A stretch of 61,336 bases of DNA, the filler included, from Anaerolineae bacterium (GTDB taxonomy: Bacteria > Chloroflexota > Anaerolineae > Epilineales > Epilineaceae), in assembly GCA_029262755.1 (NCBI GenBank). It is 5 parts of 5 records of this genome, joined end to end, with 100 filler letters (N's around TTAATTAATTAA, not from the genome) between each part and the next. Parts side by side here need not be neighbours in the genome. Positions count along the whole stretch, not along the records: positions 38,735 to 50,311 come from JAJCYU010000238.1; 4 more parts are not named here. One strand, given 5' to 3'. The notes under the pieces were generated by a model. That model saw only the letters and a list, made by a program, of their open reading frames with translations, was not told the DNA's origin and did not search any database. Position numbers and translations under genes: made by a program. How positions within the stretch are numbered: the stretch's first letter is position 1; each line of letters begins with the position of its first letter. Shown here piece by piece: positions 39,737-50,411 of the stretch.

Positions 39737-41044
39737 ATGACCGATGCATTGATCACCGTCGGCTATTTCTTCGCCGCACTCTTTCCGCTCGTGCTCATTC
39801 ACGAGTTGGGGCACTTTCTACTCGCCAAGGCCAACGGCATCCGCGTCGACGAATTCGGCATCGGATTTCCGCCGCGTCTGGTACGCGTGTTCCGACTCGG
39901 CGAGACGGACTACACCTTGAACCTCTTGCCGTTGGGCGGATTCGTTCGATTGGCGGGTGAGAACGAGCCGGATATGCCGGGTGCGTTCGCGGCTGCCGGC
40001 AAGATGGCACGCGCCGCCGTGTTGTTTGCGGGCCCGGTGTTCAACTTCCTGCTTGCGGCCATCTTGTTGGCCGGCATCGCCCTGAGCCAGGGCGCACCGG
40101 AGCCGGTCGCACCGCAGGATGCGGTGATGGTATTGCAGGTCGCACCGAAATCAGCTGCGGAGGCGGCGGGTATCCAGGACGGCGACGTCGTGATCGCGAT
40201 CGACGGCGTCCCGCTGCGCGAGGGCGCGGCCGCCGCAGGACTGAGCGGTGACGGCGAGACCGCCGCGGGAATGCAGCTGCTGATGGACACCACCGATTCA
40301 TCCGCCGGGCAAGCCCTTACGCTAACGGTGCTGCGCGGCGTCGAAGAGACGTTGGAGACACGTGCACCGGACACGGCAGCGGACCTGCGCGTGGCGGATG
40401 CCAACATCGACGGTCTCGTGGCGCTGCGCGTGCTGGACCAAGGTGGGGCCGAGGCGTTGGCCGCCGGCGACCTCGTGATCGGTCCGCGCGACGTCGTGAG
40501 CGGCGCTGCGGAACCCGCCGGGCAGACGCTCGTGGTCCTTCGGGGTGCTGCCATGGAGATGCTCCCCCTGGTGGTAACGCCGAGTGCGGAGGGCCGCATC
40601 GGCGTGAGCATTTCGTCGTTGTCGGTCTTGCGCCGCGTCGCGGCGCTGGATGCACCGGCCTACGGTGCGCGGCGTACGGTCGCGGTGATGGGCACCATGG
40701 TAAGCATGCTCGGCCAGATGGTGGTCGGGCAACAGGACGCCGAGCTCGCCGGCCCCGTCGGAATCGCCCGGATGGGTCGCGAGTTTGGAGAGCGCTCCAC
40801 GAGCGATTTCCTGGCATTCATGGCCCTGCTCTCGATCAACCTGGGAATCATCAACTTGATTCCGATTCCAGGGCTCGATGGTGGCCGCCTCGTGTTCGTC
40901 GCGCTCGAAGCCTTGCGCGGACGCCGCCTGGCCTCGGGAAGGGAAGAGATCGTGAACTTCATCGGGATCGCGTTGGTGATTGGGCTGATGGTTGCCATCA
41001 CGGTCTACGAGGTGTTCGGACCCAGGCTGATCGGTCGCCCATGA
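39737..41044 (+). CDS. rseP: RIP metalloprotease RseP (M50) with PDZ domain
   Basis: [26 protein letters not shown] and [11 protein letters not shown] motifs. Confidence 0.92.
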   Translation: MTDALITVGYFFAALFPLVLIHELGHFLLAKANGIRVDEFGIGFPPRLVRVFRLGETDYTLNLLPLGGFVRLAGENEPDMPGAFAAAGKMARAAVLFAGPVFNFLLAAILLAGIALSQGAPEPVAPQDAVMVLQVAPKSAAEAAGIQDGDVVIAIDGVPLREGAAAAGLSGDGETAAGMQLLMDTTDSSAGQALTLTVLRGVEETLETRAPDTAADLRVADANIDGLVALRVLDQGGAEALAAGDLVIGPRDVVSGAAEPAGQTLVVLRGAAMEMLPLVVTPSAEGRIGVSISSLSVLRRVAALDAPAYGARRTVAVMGTMVSMLGQMVVGQQDAELAGPVGIARMGREFGERSTSDFLAFMALLSINLGIINLIPIPGLDGGRLVFVALEALRGRRLASGREEIVNFIGIALVIGLMVAITVYEVFGPRLIGRP

Positions 41045-42075
41045 GCCTCGGCGATGCCGTGGAACGCGACTTCGCGGGCGCGCTTGCGCGACTCATCGCG
41101 CCGGATGGACCCCACGCTCCGGGCCAGCTCATGCACCTGTCCCACGCCACGGGCGATGAGCTCCAACTGTGGCGTCGCGAATGGCCGCTCGTCGAGGATG
41201 CGCGGCGTGTTGTCGTCGCAGACGTCATGCTGCGCGCCGCAGAAGCGGACATTCAAATCGATTTCGATCCCCTGTTCCTCGACATGTTGGACGATTCCCT
41301 TCCGGCGATCCGCGCGACCGCCATCGACGGTCTGTGGGAATCGCATGCGCCTTCGCTGATGGATCGATTCACCCATCTGCTGAAAGCTGATCTCTCCGCC
41401 GAGGTGCGAGCGCGCTCTGCCGCTGCGCTCGGTCGCTTTATCCAGCGGGAAGAGTTGGGCGAAACGGCCGAGGGTAGTACGTCGCACGTGTTGCTGGCGT
41501 TGATCGATGCCGCGGAACGCGAGTCCGAAGATGTAGCGGTACGGCGACGCGCGACGGAATCCGCCGGCTACGCGGATCAATCGATGGTGCACGGCTTGAT
41601 CGAACGCATGGCCGGCGAGCCGGAGCTGGAATTGCGAATCGGAGCAGCACGGGCGATGGGCCATTCTGCCGATGAGCGCTGGGGTCGGCAGGTGGACGAT
41701 TGGTTGGATACCGAGGAGCCCGCGTTGCGCTTCGAGGCTGCCCGCGCGGCCGGCGAGCTGCTCTTGGCGGGATCGCTGGCGCGGCTGGCCCTGCTGGCCG
41801 CGGAGGACGAAGTGGAGATCCGCCAGCAGGCCATTTGGGCGCTCGGCGAAATCGGAGGCGACCGAGCACGCGAAGTGCTCGAGCAGCTGGCCGAAGAAGT
41901 AGCGGAGGACGGGGAGTGGGAGGACGCGCTATCTGAGTTGATCGAAGACGCGATCTCGAACGCCGCTCTCGGAGACGGCGAACTCGACCTCTTCTCCTTC
42001 GATCCCTTCCAACCCGACGAAGCTCGGCGCGCCGACGGCAGCGACTTCGCTGCGGATGATGAGCGCGACGCCTGA
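41041..42075 (+). CDS. HEAT-repeat protein
   Basis: Repeated VR..AA.ALG units; ATGA-coupled to rseP. Confidence 0.85.
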   Translation: MSLGDAVERDFAGALARLIAPDGPHAPGQLMHLSHATGDELQLWRREWPLVEDARRVVVADVMLRAAEADIQIDFDPLFLDMLDDSLPAIRATAIDGLWESHAPSLMDRFTHLLKADLSAEVRARSAAALGRFIQREELGETAEGSTSHVLLALIDAAERESEDVAVRRRATESAGYADQSMVHGLIERMAGEPELELRIGAARAMGHSADERWGRQVDDWLDTEEPALRFEAARAAGELLLAGSLARLALLAAEDEVEIRQQAIWALGEIGGDRAREVLEQLAEEVAEDGEWEDALSELIEDAISNAALGDGELDLFSFDPFQPDEARRADGSDFAADDERDA

Positions 42076-42871
42076 GGCGTCTGCGCGAGACGCCGCGCAG
42101 CTGCTCAACGAGGCGTGTCGGCGCGTGGTCTCGGTTGCGGTCGACGGAGATCCGGACGCTATTGCAGCCTTGGCCGATCGGCTCGAGGAACGCGCAAAGC
42201 GCGCCGGCCCGGGAATGGATCCGCGGCGCTTTCTGGGTGCGCTAGCCGCCCTATTGCGTGGGAAACCCGTGGATGGGCTCGTCGCGGATCTGCCTGCCGC
42301 GTGGCACGGCGCATTGGGGAACGTGGCAAGGGACATCGCGGCGCCGCCCCTCACCACAAACGACGCCGTCGCTTCGCTCTCCGCGCGCGTCGCCCACGTT
42401 ATGCAGCGCCGAGACCGTGAAGGCGCCCGGCAGCTCAGCGGCGAGCTCGCACGGCTCTCCTCCAGCGGAACACTGGATGAGGCCCAAACCCGTTTCTTGC
42501 GCGTGCTCGATGGGATGCTTGCCGGACGAGACGTTCGGCACGACGTGCTCGCACTGCAAGGAATCTATGTCGACGCCTACCGCAGCCTGGAGCACGTGCT
42601 GCGTGGCGCCGACCCGCGGGCGGGTCTCATCGAACGAGTGCGCGATAACACGCTGCTGGTCCTACGGGACGGCGACGACGACACCCGCGCCCGCTTTGAC
42701 GCCGCCATGGCTGAGGTCGAAGGTAGAGCGATCGCGACGGGCGAGCATGAACTGGGCGACTTCGTATCCGCGGCCCGCGCTCTGGTGCGCCGTGAGCCGA
42801 TCCGACCGATCCCAACGTGGACCGCACCGGACCTCGTCGCTGCATGGCAAGAGTTGGTTCGCAAGCCGTAG
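42059..42871 (+). CDS. Hypothetical all-helical protein with three internal repeats
   Basis: FL..L...L.G-type motif recurs three times; overlaps the upstream gene. Confidence 0.7.
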   Translation: MSATPEASARDAAQLLNEACRRVVSVAVDGDPDAIAALADRLEERAKRAGPGMDPRRFLGALAALLRGKPVDGLVADLPAAWHGALGNVARDIAAPPLTTNDAVASLSARVAHVMQRRDREGARQLSGELARLSSSGTLDEAQTRFLRVLDGMLAGRDVRHDVLALQGIYVDAYRSLEHVLRGADPRAGLIERVRDNTLLVLRDGDDDTRARFDAAMAEVEGRAIATGEHELGDFVSAARALVRREPIRPIPTWTAPDLVAAWQELVRKP

Positions 42872-42883
42872 CTCACGCTGCGT

Positions 42884-44089
42884 TCACGCCTTCAAGACTC
42901 CCAACTCACGGCCGACGCGAGCGAAGGCTTCGATGCCGGCCTCCAGGTCGTCCTGGTCGTGCGCCGCGGAGATCATGACCCGGATGCGGGCTTTGCCGAG
43001 CGGTACCGTCGGGAAGGCGATCGCGGTGCCGAAAACCCCTTCCTCAAACAGCCGCTGGCTGAACGTTTGCGTGAGTTGCTCGTCGCCGATCATGACCGGG
43101 CTGATGGGCGTGGCGGTCTGGCCGAGGTCGAAGCCAAGTTCGCGCATTACGCTTTGGAACGTACGTGCGTTTTCCCACAAGCGATCCACACGATCGGTCG
43201 ACTCTTCGAGTACGTCGACCGCGGCCAAGCACGCCGCAACATCGGGCACCGTCATCGCGCTGGAGAACAGGAACGGCCGACCCCGTTGGCGCAGCCAATC
43301 AACGATGGGTTGCTTGGCGGCGGTGTAGCCACCCACGGCGCCGAAGGCCTTGGACATGGTACCGGTCTCGATGTCGAAGCGACCGTGGAGTCCAAAGTGA
43401 TCGACCGCACCGCGGCCACCTCGCCCGAGGACACCTTCGCCGTGCGCATCGTCCACCATCGAGATCGCGCCGTAGCGCTCGCAGAGATCGCATATCTGGT
43501 CGAGGGGCGCGATATCACCGTCCATCGAGAAAACGCCGTCGGTGATCACGAGCATCGCTCGGTAGCCCTTGCCGGATGCCTCGCGTAGCTTTTCCTCCAG
43601 TGAGTCCATGTCGGCATGGCGGTAGATGTAGCGGTCGGCCTTGGTCAGCCGTATGCCATCGATGATCGACGCGTGGTTCAATTCGTCGGAGATGATCGCG
43701 TCGCCGCGACCGACCAGGGCGGGAATCGTCCCCAAATTGGTGACGAAACCCCCCTGAAATGTGATCGTGTCATCCACACCCTTGAACGCGGCCAACCTGC
43801 GCTCCAGCTCACGGTGCAGATCCATCGTGCCTGCGATCGTCCGCACGGCCGCGGGGCCGAAACCGTATTCCTGCATAGCCACCGTGGCAGCATCGACGAG
43901 GCGCTTGTCGCCGGCGAGCCCAAGGTAGTTGTTGGAACAGAAGTTGAGCACCCGTCGGCCTTCGATTTGAAGCCAGGCACCCTGCGCGCTTTCGAGGGAA
44001 CGAATGTTGGTCCGCAGTCCCTTCGCGTCGATCTCGGCCAGTTGCTCAATCAAGTAGTTGAGCTTCTCATCATTCGCTTTGCCGCTCAC
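42884..44089 (-). CDS. kbl: Glycine C-acetyltransferase (2-amino-3-ketobutyrate CoA ligase)
   Basis: FCSNNYLGLA, NHASIIDG, DGVFSMDG, DDAHG, TMSKAFG and ARIRV motifs; next to tdh. Confidence 0.93.
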   Translation of the reverse strand: MSGKANDEKLNYLIEQLAEIDAKGLRTNIRSLESAQGAWLQIEGRRVLNFCSNNYLGLAGDKRLVDAATVAMQEYGFGPAAVRTIAGTMDLHRELERRLAAFKGVDDTITFQGGFVTNLGTIPALVGRGDAIISDELNHASIIDGIRLTKADRYIYRHADMDSLEEKLREASGKGYRAMLVITDGVFSMDGDIAPLDQICDLCERYGAISMVDDAHGEGVLGRGGRGAVDHFGLHGRFDIETGTMSKAFGAVGGYTAAKQPIVDWLRQRGRPFLFSSAMTVPDVAACLAAVDVLEESTDRVDRLWENARTFQSVMRELGFDLGQTATPISPVMIGDEQLTQTFSQRLFEEGVFGTAIAFPTVPLGKARIRVMISAAHDQDDLEAGIEAFARVGRELGVLKA

Positions 44090-44140
44090 AGAGGGGCCTC
44101 CATTATTCGGGAATGAAGCGGGAACCGGTTGGACACGCCC

Positions 44141-45193
44141 TTAGGGACGCAGGATGACCTTGAGGCTGTCGCCTGCCCGCATCGCATCGAATCCGACTTG
44201 AAACTCGGACAAGGATATTCGATGCGTGATCAAGGGCGACAGATCCACGGCCCCGCTGCCGAGCAGCTCGCTCATCCGGTGCCATGTGTCCCACATATGC
44301 CGTCCATAGATCCCGCGCACCGTGGCGCCCTTTTGGACGACATGTTGGGCCCAATCGAATTCGATTCTTTGTCCGGGCAAGCCGAGCGCCGCCACATCGC
44401 CACCGGGTCGCAGTGCCGCAAAACCCTGGTCGATCGCAGCGGAATGTCCGCTCATTTCCAGGAGCACATCGACACCGGCCCCTTCGGTTGCGTGCAAGAT
44501 GGCGGCAACCGGGTCCCCCCGCCCGTCTAGGGTCTCATAAGCGCCCATGGCGACAGCGGCTTCAAAGCGCCGCGTGTTGACATCCGTGACGAAGATCCGG
44601 CGCGCATCGGCAGCACGGGCAACGGCAACGGCCATCAAGCCGATCAGGCCTCCCCCACCGGTGATGAGCACGTCCTTGCCCGCCACCGGCTGCGCGTGAA
44701 CGGTATGCACCGCGTTGCCGAACGGGTCTTGCAGGCTCGCGATCTCGTCTGGTAGCGAAGGCGGATTGACCCAGACATTGCGGCGCGGCACGACGACGTA
44801 CTCGGCGAACGCCCCATCTCGGTCGATGCCGATGACCTCCATGTCCTTGGCGAGATGCTCGGCACCCGCGACGACGTTACGCGCTCCGCGGAGCACGATG
44901 TGGCCCTCGGCGGAGACGGGGGTGCCAAGCTCAAGATCGCTAACATCATCGCCGATCGCGACGACGATACCGGCGAACTCATGGCCCAACGTGACGGGCG
45001 GTCGAATACGATTTTGGCTCCATCCGTCCCAATTGTAGATATGGACGTCCGTGCCGCAGATGGACGCGGCGGTGACCCGAATCAGGACATCCTCGGGTCC
45101 GGGTTCGGGCACGGGCACGGTACCGAGCTCGAGGCCCTCTTCGGCGCGCAGCTTGCGCACGGCGCGCATGGTGCTTGGAATCGATTCAATCAC
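44141..45193 (-). CDS. tdh: L-threonine 3-dehydrogenase (structural-Zn cysteines absent)
   Basis: SICGTDVHIYNWD, GHEF, DPFGNAVH, EMSG and GIYGR motifs; upstream of kbl. Start GTG 45193 or ATG 45169. Confidence 0.9.
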   Translation of the reverse strand: MIESIPSTMRAVRKLRAEEGLELGTVPVPEPGPEDVLIRVTAASICGTDVHIYNWDGWSQNRIRPPVTLGHEFAGIVVAIGDDVSDLELGTPVSAEGHIVLRGARNVVAGAEHLAKDMEVIGIDRDGAFAEYVVVPRRNVWVNPPSLPDEIASLQDPFGNAVHTVHAQPVAGKDVLITGGGGLIGLMAVAVARAADARRIFVTDVNTRRFEAAVAMGAYETLDGRGDPVAAILHATEGAGVDVLLEMSGHSAAIDQGFAALRPGGDVAALGLPGQRIEFDWAQHVVQKGATVRGIYGRHMWDTWHRMSELLGSGAVDLSPLITHRISLSEFQVGFDAMRAGDSLKVILRP

Positions 45194-45460
45194 CGGGGTG
45201 GCTCCAGGTAGGGTAGGAAGGCGCAGTATACCGTGGGCCTCGAAGGCCAGAAAGCGTTCACCGTCCCCGACCGCGGCCGCGGCGGCGAGCGCACGCTCCT
45301 CGTCTCCGATTCCGCTCGATGTCGCCGTGCTCACGGGCTTTCGGACGGCCAACACGTCGTGGTCGCACGTTTGGCCGGTATACGGGACGCCTGCTAGCAT
45401 CGCCCGCCGTCGCCCCTCGAAGAACCGGTTCTTCCGAACCCGTCCCACTGTGAGATTCTC

Positions 45461-46012
45461 TTGCCCAATCGCCTGGTCGCCTGGCTGGAGCGCCAACCCC
45501 CTGGGCCCCGTACCGTGTATGCGTTGTTCATCGCGGTCACGCTGCTGACCATACCTTGCTATCTCACCGCCGCGATCGTCTTGGGTCTGACCCGACCTCG
45601 ATCGGACCAGCCCGTCGAAGCGGTCGCAACCGTTGCGGCTGCCACCATGCCGGCCGACAGGGAGCAGGCTACGGAAGGCGCTCTCGAAGAGGGTCCGGAT
45701 CTGCGTGACGACGCGCCCACCGCTGTGCGGCGCGCCGCTCCGACCGCGGTGGATGACGCTCCGAGCGAATCACTCCCATCGACCGCGACGGCGACCGCCC
45801 CCCGCGTGCCACAGGCGACAGAGCCCGTTCCCACCGCGGAACCCGCGCAGGCGCCGGCGACCGTCGCGCCCACGGTTGAGGCGACGAGCGAGGTCGAACC
45901 ATCCACCGTGACGCCGCCACCGGGTCTGGTGACTGCGGCCCCCGTGGCCACGGGGGATCTCGGCGCAGCGACGCTTCCGCCCGTGGTGCCTATCGTGACC
46001 GTCAGCCCGTAG
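45461..46012 (+). CDS. Membrane-anchored Pro/Thr/Ala-rich protein
   Basis: One TM region (TIPCYL) followed by a low-complexity tail. Confidence 0.6.
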   Translation: MPNRLVAWLERQPPGPRTVYALFIAVTLLTIPCYLTAAIVLGLTRPRSDQPVEAVATVAAATMPADREQATEGALEEGPDLRDDAPTAVRRAAPTAVDDAPSESLPSTATATAPRVPQATEPVPTAEPAQAPATVAPTVEATSEVEPSTVTPPPGLVTAAPVATGDLGAATLPPVVPIVTVSP

Positions 46013-46136
46013 AACGAGGCAGGGTCCTGTCGGGCGAATCTGTGGGCCACGTGCTTCACGATCCACGTACGCAAGGAGGAGCGGCAGCGGTTGAACGCCG
46101 CAGAGCGCGAGAATCCGCGCCCATCAGCAATTTTCC

Positions 46137-46165
46137 TTGTGGCCATTGGTCGTCTCGGCTATACT
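46137..46165 (+). promoter_or_regulatory. rpsO promoter TTGTGG-N17-TATACT
   Basis: Read directly, 36 nt upstream of the ATG. Confidence 0.7.
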
Positions 46166-46201
46166 CCCGAAGGTTTCCGACCGTTCGCTGGAGATAGCTG
46201 A

Positions 46202-46471
46202 ATGTCCCTGACAAAAGAACAAACTGAAGCGATCGTGGCCGAGTTCGGCCACGGTGAAGCGGATACGGGCTCGACGGAAGTTCAGATTGCGCTCCTGACG
46301 GAGCGCATCAGCGAACTTACCGAGCACAGCAAGCGTCACAAGCACGACCATCATTCGCGGCGTGGCCTGCTGATGATGGTCGGCCAGCGCAAGCGGTTGA
46401 TGCGCTACTTGCATCGTGAAGACGTACAGCGCTATCGGGCGCTGATCGAACGTCTCGGGATCCGTGGCTGA
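46202..46471 (+). CDS. rpsO: 30S ribosomal protein S15
   Basis: [13 protein letters not shown] and [16 protein letters not shown] motifs. Confidence 0.98.
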   Translation: MSLTKEQTEAIVAEFGHGEADTGSTEVQIALLTERISELTEHSKRHKHDHHSRRGLLMMVGQRKRLMRYLHREDVQRYRALIERLGIRG

Positions 46472-46524
46472 GCCGGGCCATCGCTCGGCAGCTACGCGGA
46501 TTTCTCAACCGGCGCACGGAGAAC

Positions 46525-46587
46525 GGGTATTGGGGGCTGCACGTCAGGGTTCGCACGACGCGACGCTGACGCTCAGCCCCCAGTCCC
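46525..46587 (+). promoter_or_regulatory. Long hairpin in the rpsO-pnp intergenic leader
   Basis: tgggggctg/cagccccca and cgtcag/ctgacg stems. Confidence 0.55.
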
Positions 46588-46627
46588 TGCTTTCCGGCGC
46601 CCATCAACCTTCTAGGGAGGGTATGCC

Positions 46628-48934
46628 GTGATCGAAGCACCAACGACCAACAGCCAGAGGGCGCAAGGTGTCGCCGCCCGCATGCAGCACGACGAGAAGA
46701 CCTATAGCTGCCAGGTTGGCGGCGCCGAATGGACCTTCAAGACCGGGAAGCTGGCGCAGTTGGCCGGTGGCGCGGTATCGGTCCAGGTCGGCGAGACCGT
46801 GGTCCTAGCAACTGCAACATCGTCGAAGCACAAGCGACCGATCGACTTTCTCCCCCTTTCGGTGGACGTCGAAGAGAAGATGTATGCCGCAGGTCGGATC
46901 CCGGGGTCGTTCTTCCGGCGTGAAGGCCGCCCCAGCGAGGTGTCCATCCTCGCTGCGCGCCTGATCGACCGCCCGCTGCGCCCGCTCTTTCCCAAGTCGA
47001 TGCGCAACGAGATTCAGGTGATCGCGACGGTTGTCAGCAGTGATGGCCTGAATTACTTCGACATCCCGTCGTTGAACGGCGCCAGCGCAGCGCTGATGAT
47101 CTCGGACATCATCCTGCCCGAGCCGGTCGCCGGCATTCGGGTTGGCTTGATCGACGACGAGCTCATCATCAACCCGACCACGACCCAGATGGAAGACAGC
47201 GATCTCGATCTGCGGGTTGCCGGTACGGAGAGCGCCATTCTCATGGTCGAGGGCGCCGCGGACGAGGTCGACGAGGACACCATGATCCGCGCGATTCGCG
47301 CGGCGCATGAGGCCATGCAGCCGATCATCCAGCTGCAGCACCGGATGCGAGCCGAGGTCGGCAAGCCCAAGCGGGTGTTCGAGCTTGACGAGGTTCCCGA
47401 GTCTTTGATGCTGGCGGCAGCCGATCACTTCGGCACCCGCATTGACCGGATGCTGGAAGAGACGGCCGGCCAGGGCAAGGAAGCCCTGTACGGAGCCGTG
47501 GACGATTTCCAGGACGAATGGATGGCCCTGTACGTTGGGGAGGGCGACGCCGCTCCGGCACGCACCGCACCCGACGGCGAGGCGTTCTCGCCGAAGCACG
47601 CGAAGAGCGCCTTCCAGTCCTTCTATAAGGGACGGGTTCGCGAGCGCATCTTGGCGCTGGGCATCCGGCCGGACGGCCGGCGACCGGAGCAGCTGCGCGG
47701 TCTGTACGGTGAGGTCGGCATGCTTCCGCGGGCACACGGCACGGGATTGTTCCAGCGCGGCGAGACGCAGGTGCTCTCCTTCGCAACGCTCGGTACGCTG
47801 CGCGACGTGCAGCGGCTCGACAACTTGCGGCCGGAAGATACGAAGCGCTTTATGCACCACTACAACTTCCCGCCCTTCTCCACCGGCGAAACATGGTTCC
47901 TGCGGGGACCGAAGCGGCGCGAGATCGGCCATGGTGCGCTTGTCGAAACCGCCCTGCTCCCCATCTTGCCCGACGAGGACATCTTCCCCTATACGATCCG
48001 CGTCGTAAGCGAGGCGCTGAGCTCAAACGGCTCGACCTCGATGGCATCGGTATGCGGCACCACGCTGGCATTGATGGACGCCGGTGTTCCGATCGCGATG
48101 CCGGTCGCCGGCATTGCGATGGGTCTGATCACGGAAGGGGCCGGCGGCCGCTACCAGATCCTGACCGATATCCAAGGCCTGGAAGACCACCTCGGAGACA
48201 TGGACTTCAAGGTGGCCGGAACGGAAGCGGGGATCACCGCGCTGCAGATGGACATCAAGGTAGGCGGTCTTTCCAACGAGGTCCTCACCCAGGCCATGGC
48301 ACAGGCTCGGGAGGCCAGGCTGCAGATTCTGGACCTCATCGCGGAGGTGCTACCGGCGCCGCGTGCGGAACTCCACCGCTACGCGCCGCGGATCATCTCT
48401 GTGAAGATCGATCCCGAGTATATCGGCAAGCTCATCGGGCCGGGCGGCAAGAACATTCGCGCACTGGAAGAGGACACGGGTGTCAAGATCGACATCAAGG
48501 AAGACGGAACCGTGTTCATCGCCTCCTCGGAGGCCGAGGGCGCGGATCGGGCGAAGGAGATTATCGCCGGACTCACCGAGGGTGCGGAGCTGGGCAAGAC
48601 CTATACAGGTACCGTTGTACGAACCACCGACTTCGGCGCCTTCGTCGAGATTCTGCCCGGCCTTGACGGCATGGTGCACATCTCGCAGCTGGCTATCGAG
48701 CGCGTCGAGACCGTGAACTCCGTCGTGGAGGTCGGGGACGAGATCCTCGTCATGGTCACTGACGTGCAGGACGGCAAGGTGCGTCTCAGCCGTCAGGCGG
48801 TCCTTGAGGGCTGGACGCTCGAGCAGGCGCGCGAGTCCGACTCCGGCCTTGGCGGTCGCGGTGGCGGCGGTGGCCGTCGCGGCGGCGGAGATCGCGGTGG
48901 TCGCAGCGGCGGTGGTGGCCGTGGCCGCCGGTAG
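46628..48934 (+). CDS. pnp: Polyribonucleotide nucleotidyltransferase
   Basis: Two RNase PH domains (RREGRP, RREIGHG, GDMDFKVAG), KH, S1 and an RGG-rich tail. Confidence 0.98.
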   Translation: MIEAPTTNSQRAQGVAARMQHDEKTYSCQVGGAEWTFKTGKLAQLAGGAVSVQVGETVVLATATSSKHKRPIDFLPLSVDVEEKMYAAGRIPGSFFRREGRPSEVSILAARLIDRPLRPLFPKSMRNEIQVIATVVSSDGLNYFDIPSLNGASAALMISDIILPEPVAGIRVGLIDDELIINPTTTQMEDSDLDLRVAGTESAILMVEGAADEVDEDTMIRAIRAAHEAMQPIIQLQHRMRAEVGKPKRVFELDEVPESLMLAAADHFGTRIDRMLEETAGQGKEALYGAVDDFQDEWMALYVGEGDAAPARTAPDGEAFSPKHAKSAFQSFYKGRVRERILALGIRPDGRRPEQLRGLYGEVGMLPRAHGTGLFQRGETQVLSFATLGTLRDVQRLDNLRPEDTKRFMHHYNFPPFSTGETWFLRGPKRREIGHGALVETALLPILPDEDIFPYTIRVVSEALSSNGSTSMASVCGTTLALMDAGVPIAMPVAGIAMGLITEGAGGRYQILTDIQGLEDHLGDMDFKVAGTEAGITALQMDIKVGGLSNEVLTQAMAQAREARLQILDLIAEVLPAPRAELHRYAPRIISVKIDPEYIGKLIGPGGKNIRALEEDTGVKIDIKEDGTVFIASSEAEGADRAKEIIAGLTEGAELGKTYTGTVVRTTDFGAFVEILPGLDGMVHISQLAIERVETVNSVVEVGDEILVMVTDVQDGKVRLSRQAVLEGWTLEQARESDSGLGGRGGGGGRRGGGDRGGRSGGGGRGRR

Positions 48935-48953
48935 CAACGCAGTCTAGGAACCA

Positions 48954-48997
48954 GACGCCCGCCCCGGGATTGTCACACCCCGGGGTGGGCGTTCGTT
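48954..48997 (+). terminator. Terminator hairpin after pnp
   Basis: acgcccgccccggg/ccggggtgggcgt stem with a short T-rich tail. Confidence 0.75.
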
Positions 48998-49050
48998 GTA
49001 CCAATGTACATCCACAATCTTGCGACTCCCGTTAAAGGAAAGGACTCCGA

Positions 49051-50311
49051 ATGTCTCTGCGAAGACGTTGGCTGCTTCCCCTTCTGGCCGCCGCGGCGCT
49101 ACTCGTGCCGCTCGCAGCTGGAGCACCGCCGGCCGCGGCCGATACCGTCGGCACGAACGCCGTTGAGCTCGAGCCCGTGTTGGCCGATCTTGTTGCCGGC
49201 TTTTCCGACGAAGGCCTGTCGACCACGAACTACATGGACGCGACGCTCCCGAACGGTCGTATCAGCCTAATGGTCCGTCTCGACGGTCCGTCGGTGCTCG
49301 ACATGGTCGGTCACGACCGGGTCGCGCCTGGTGGCGGAGCAACGCCGATGAGCGTTGCGGCCATTTCGTCGATCCACGATCAGCTGATCGCGCGCCAGGC
49401 TCCGTTTGAGCAGGCCTTCCGCGCAACGGGCGCCGATATCGTCAGCACGTTCCAGGTCACCATGAACGGCTTTCACGTGCATGCAACGCCGCAGCAGCTC
49501 GCCTCGATCGCTGCCATGCCCGGCGTGGCCGCGATCTCTCGAGCGCCGATCCTGACGCTGCACAACGCGGACGTGCGTGCTCACCTGCGTGCAGAAGAGG
49601 CCATGGATGAGCTCGGCCTCGACGGAACGGGCACGACGATCGCCATCATCGACACCGGTGTCGATTACACGCACGCCGGATTCGGTGGCCCCGGTACGGT
49701 CGCCGCGTACCAGACCAACGATCCCGAAATCGTCGAGGACGGCACGTTCCCGACCGCCAAGGTTGTGGGCGGCTACGACTTCGCCGGCACGCTGTACTCG
49801 CCGGGTTGCCCTGCCGATCCGCAGCCGCCGATGGAATGCACCGGCGCGCAGCCGGATGAGGATCCGCTCGACGGCCCCGGTAACGGCGTCACGAGCGGCC
49901 ACGGCAGCCACGTAGCCGGCACGGCAGGCGGAATCGGCACCGACACGGTCCCGGCCGGTCTCGCTCCGGCCGCCAACATCGTCGCGCTGAAGGTCTTCGG
50001 CAACCCGGTGGGCGCTCCTGCATCCACCGACGTCTCCAGCGAGGCTGTGGAGTGGGCAACCGCGCACAACCTGTACCTGGACGAACCGGATTCCGAGCAC
50101 GTGGTGGGCATCCGCCCCGAAGCGCGCATCGACGTGATCAACATGAGCCTCGGCTCGGGCTACGGTCCGGGTGCGAGCGAAGCCAACCGCATCGTGCAGG
50201 CCGCCGTGGATGCAGGCATCACCGTCGTCATCTCGGCCGGCAACTCAGGCAATTCCCCGTACATCGTGGGTTCGCCTTCCACCGCGGAGCAGGCACTCAC
50301 GGTTTCCAACA
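49051..50311 (+). CDS. Secreted S8 subtilase (Vpr/C5a-like), 3'-truncated
   Basis: Signal peptide, I9-like propeptide, IDTGVDYTH, HGSHVAGT, NMSLG and SAGNSG. Confidence 0.92.
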
Positions 50312-50411
50312 NNNNNNNNNNNNNNNNNNNNNNNNNNNNNNNNNNNNNNNNNNNNTTAATTAATTAANNNNNNNNNNNNNNNNNNNNNNNNNNNNNNNNN
50401 NNNNNNNNNNN
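50312..50411. other. Contig spacer
   Basis: N run plus linker. Confidence 0.99.
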
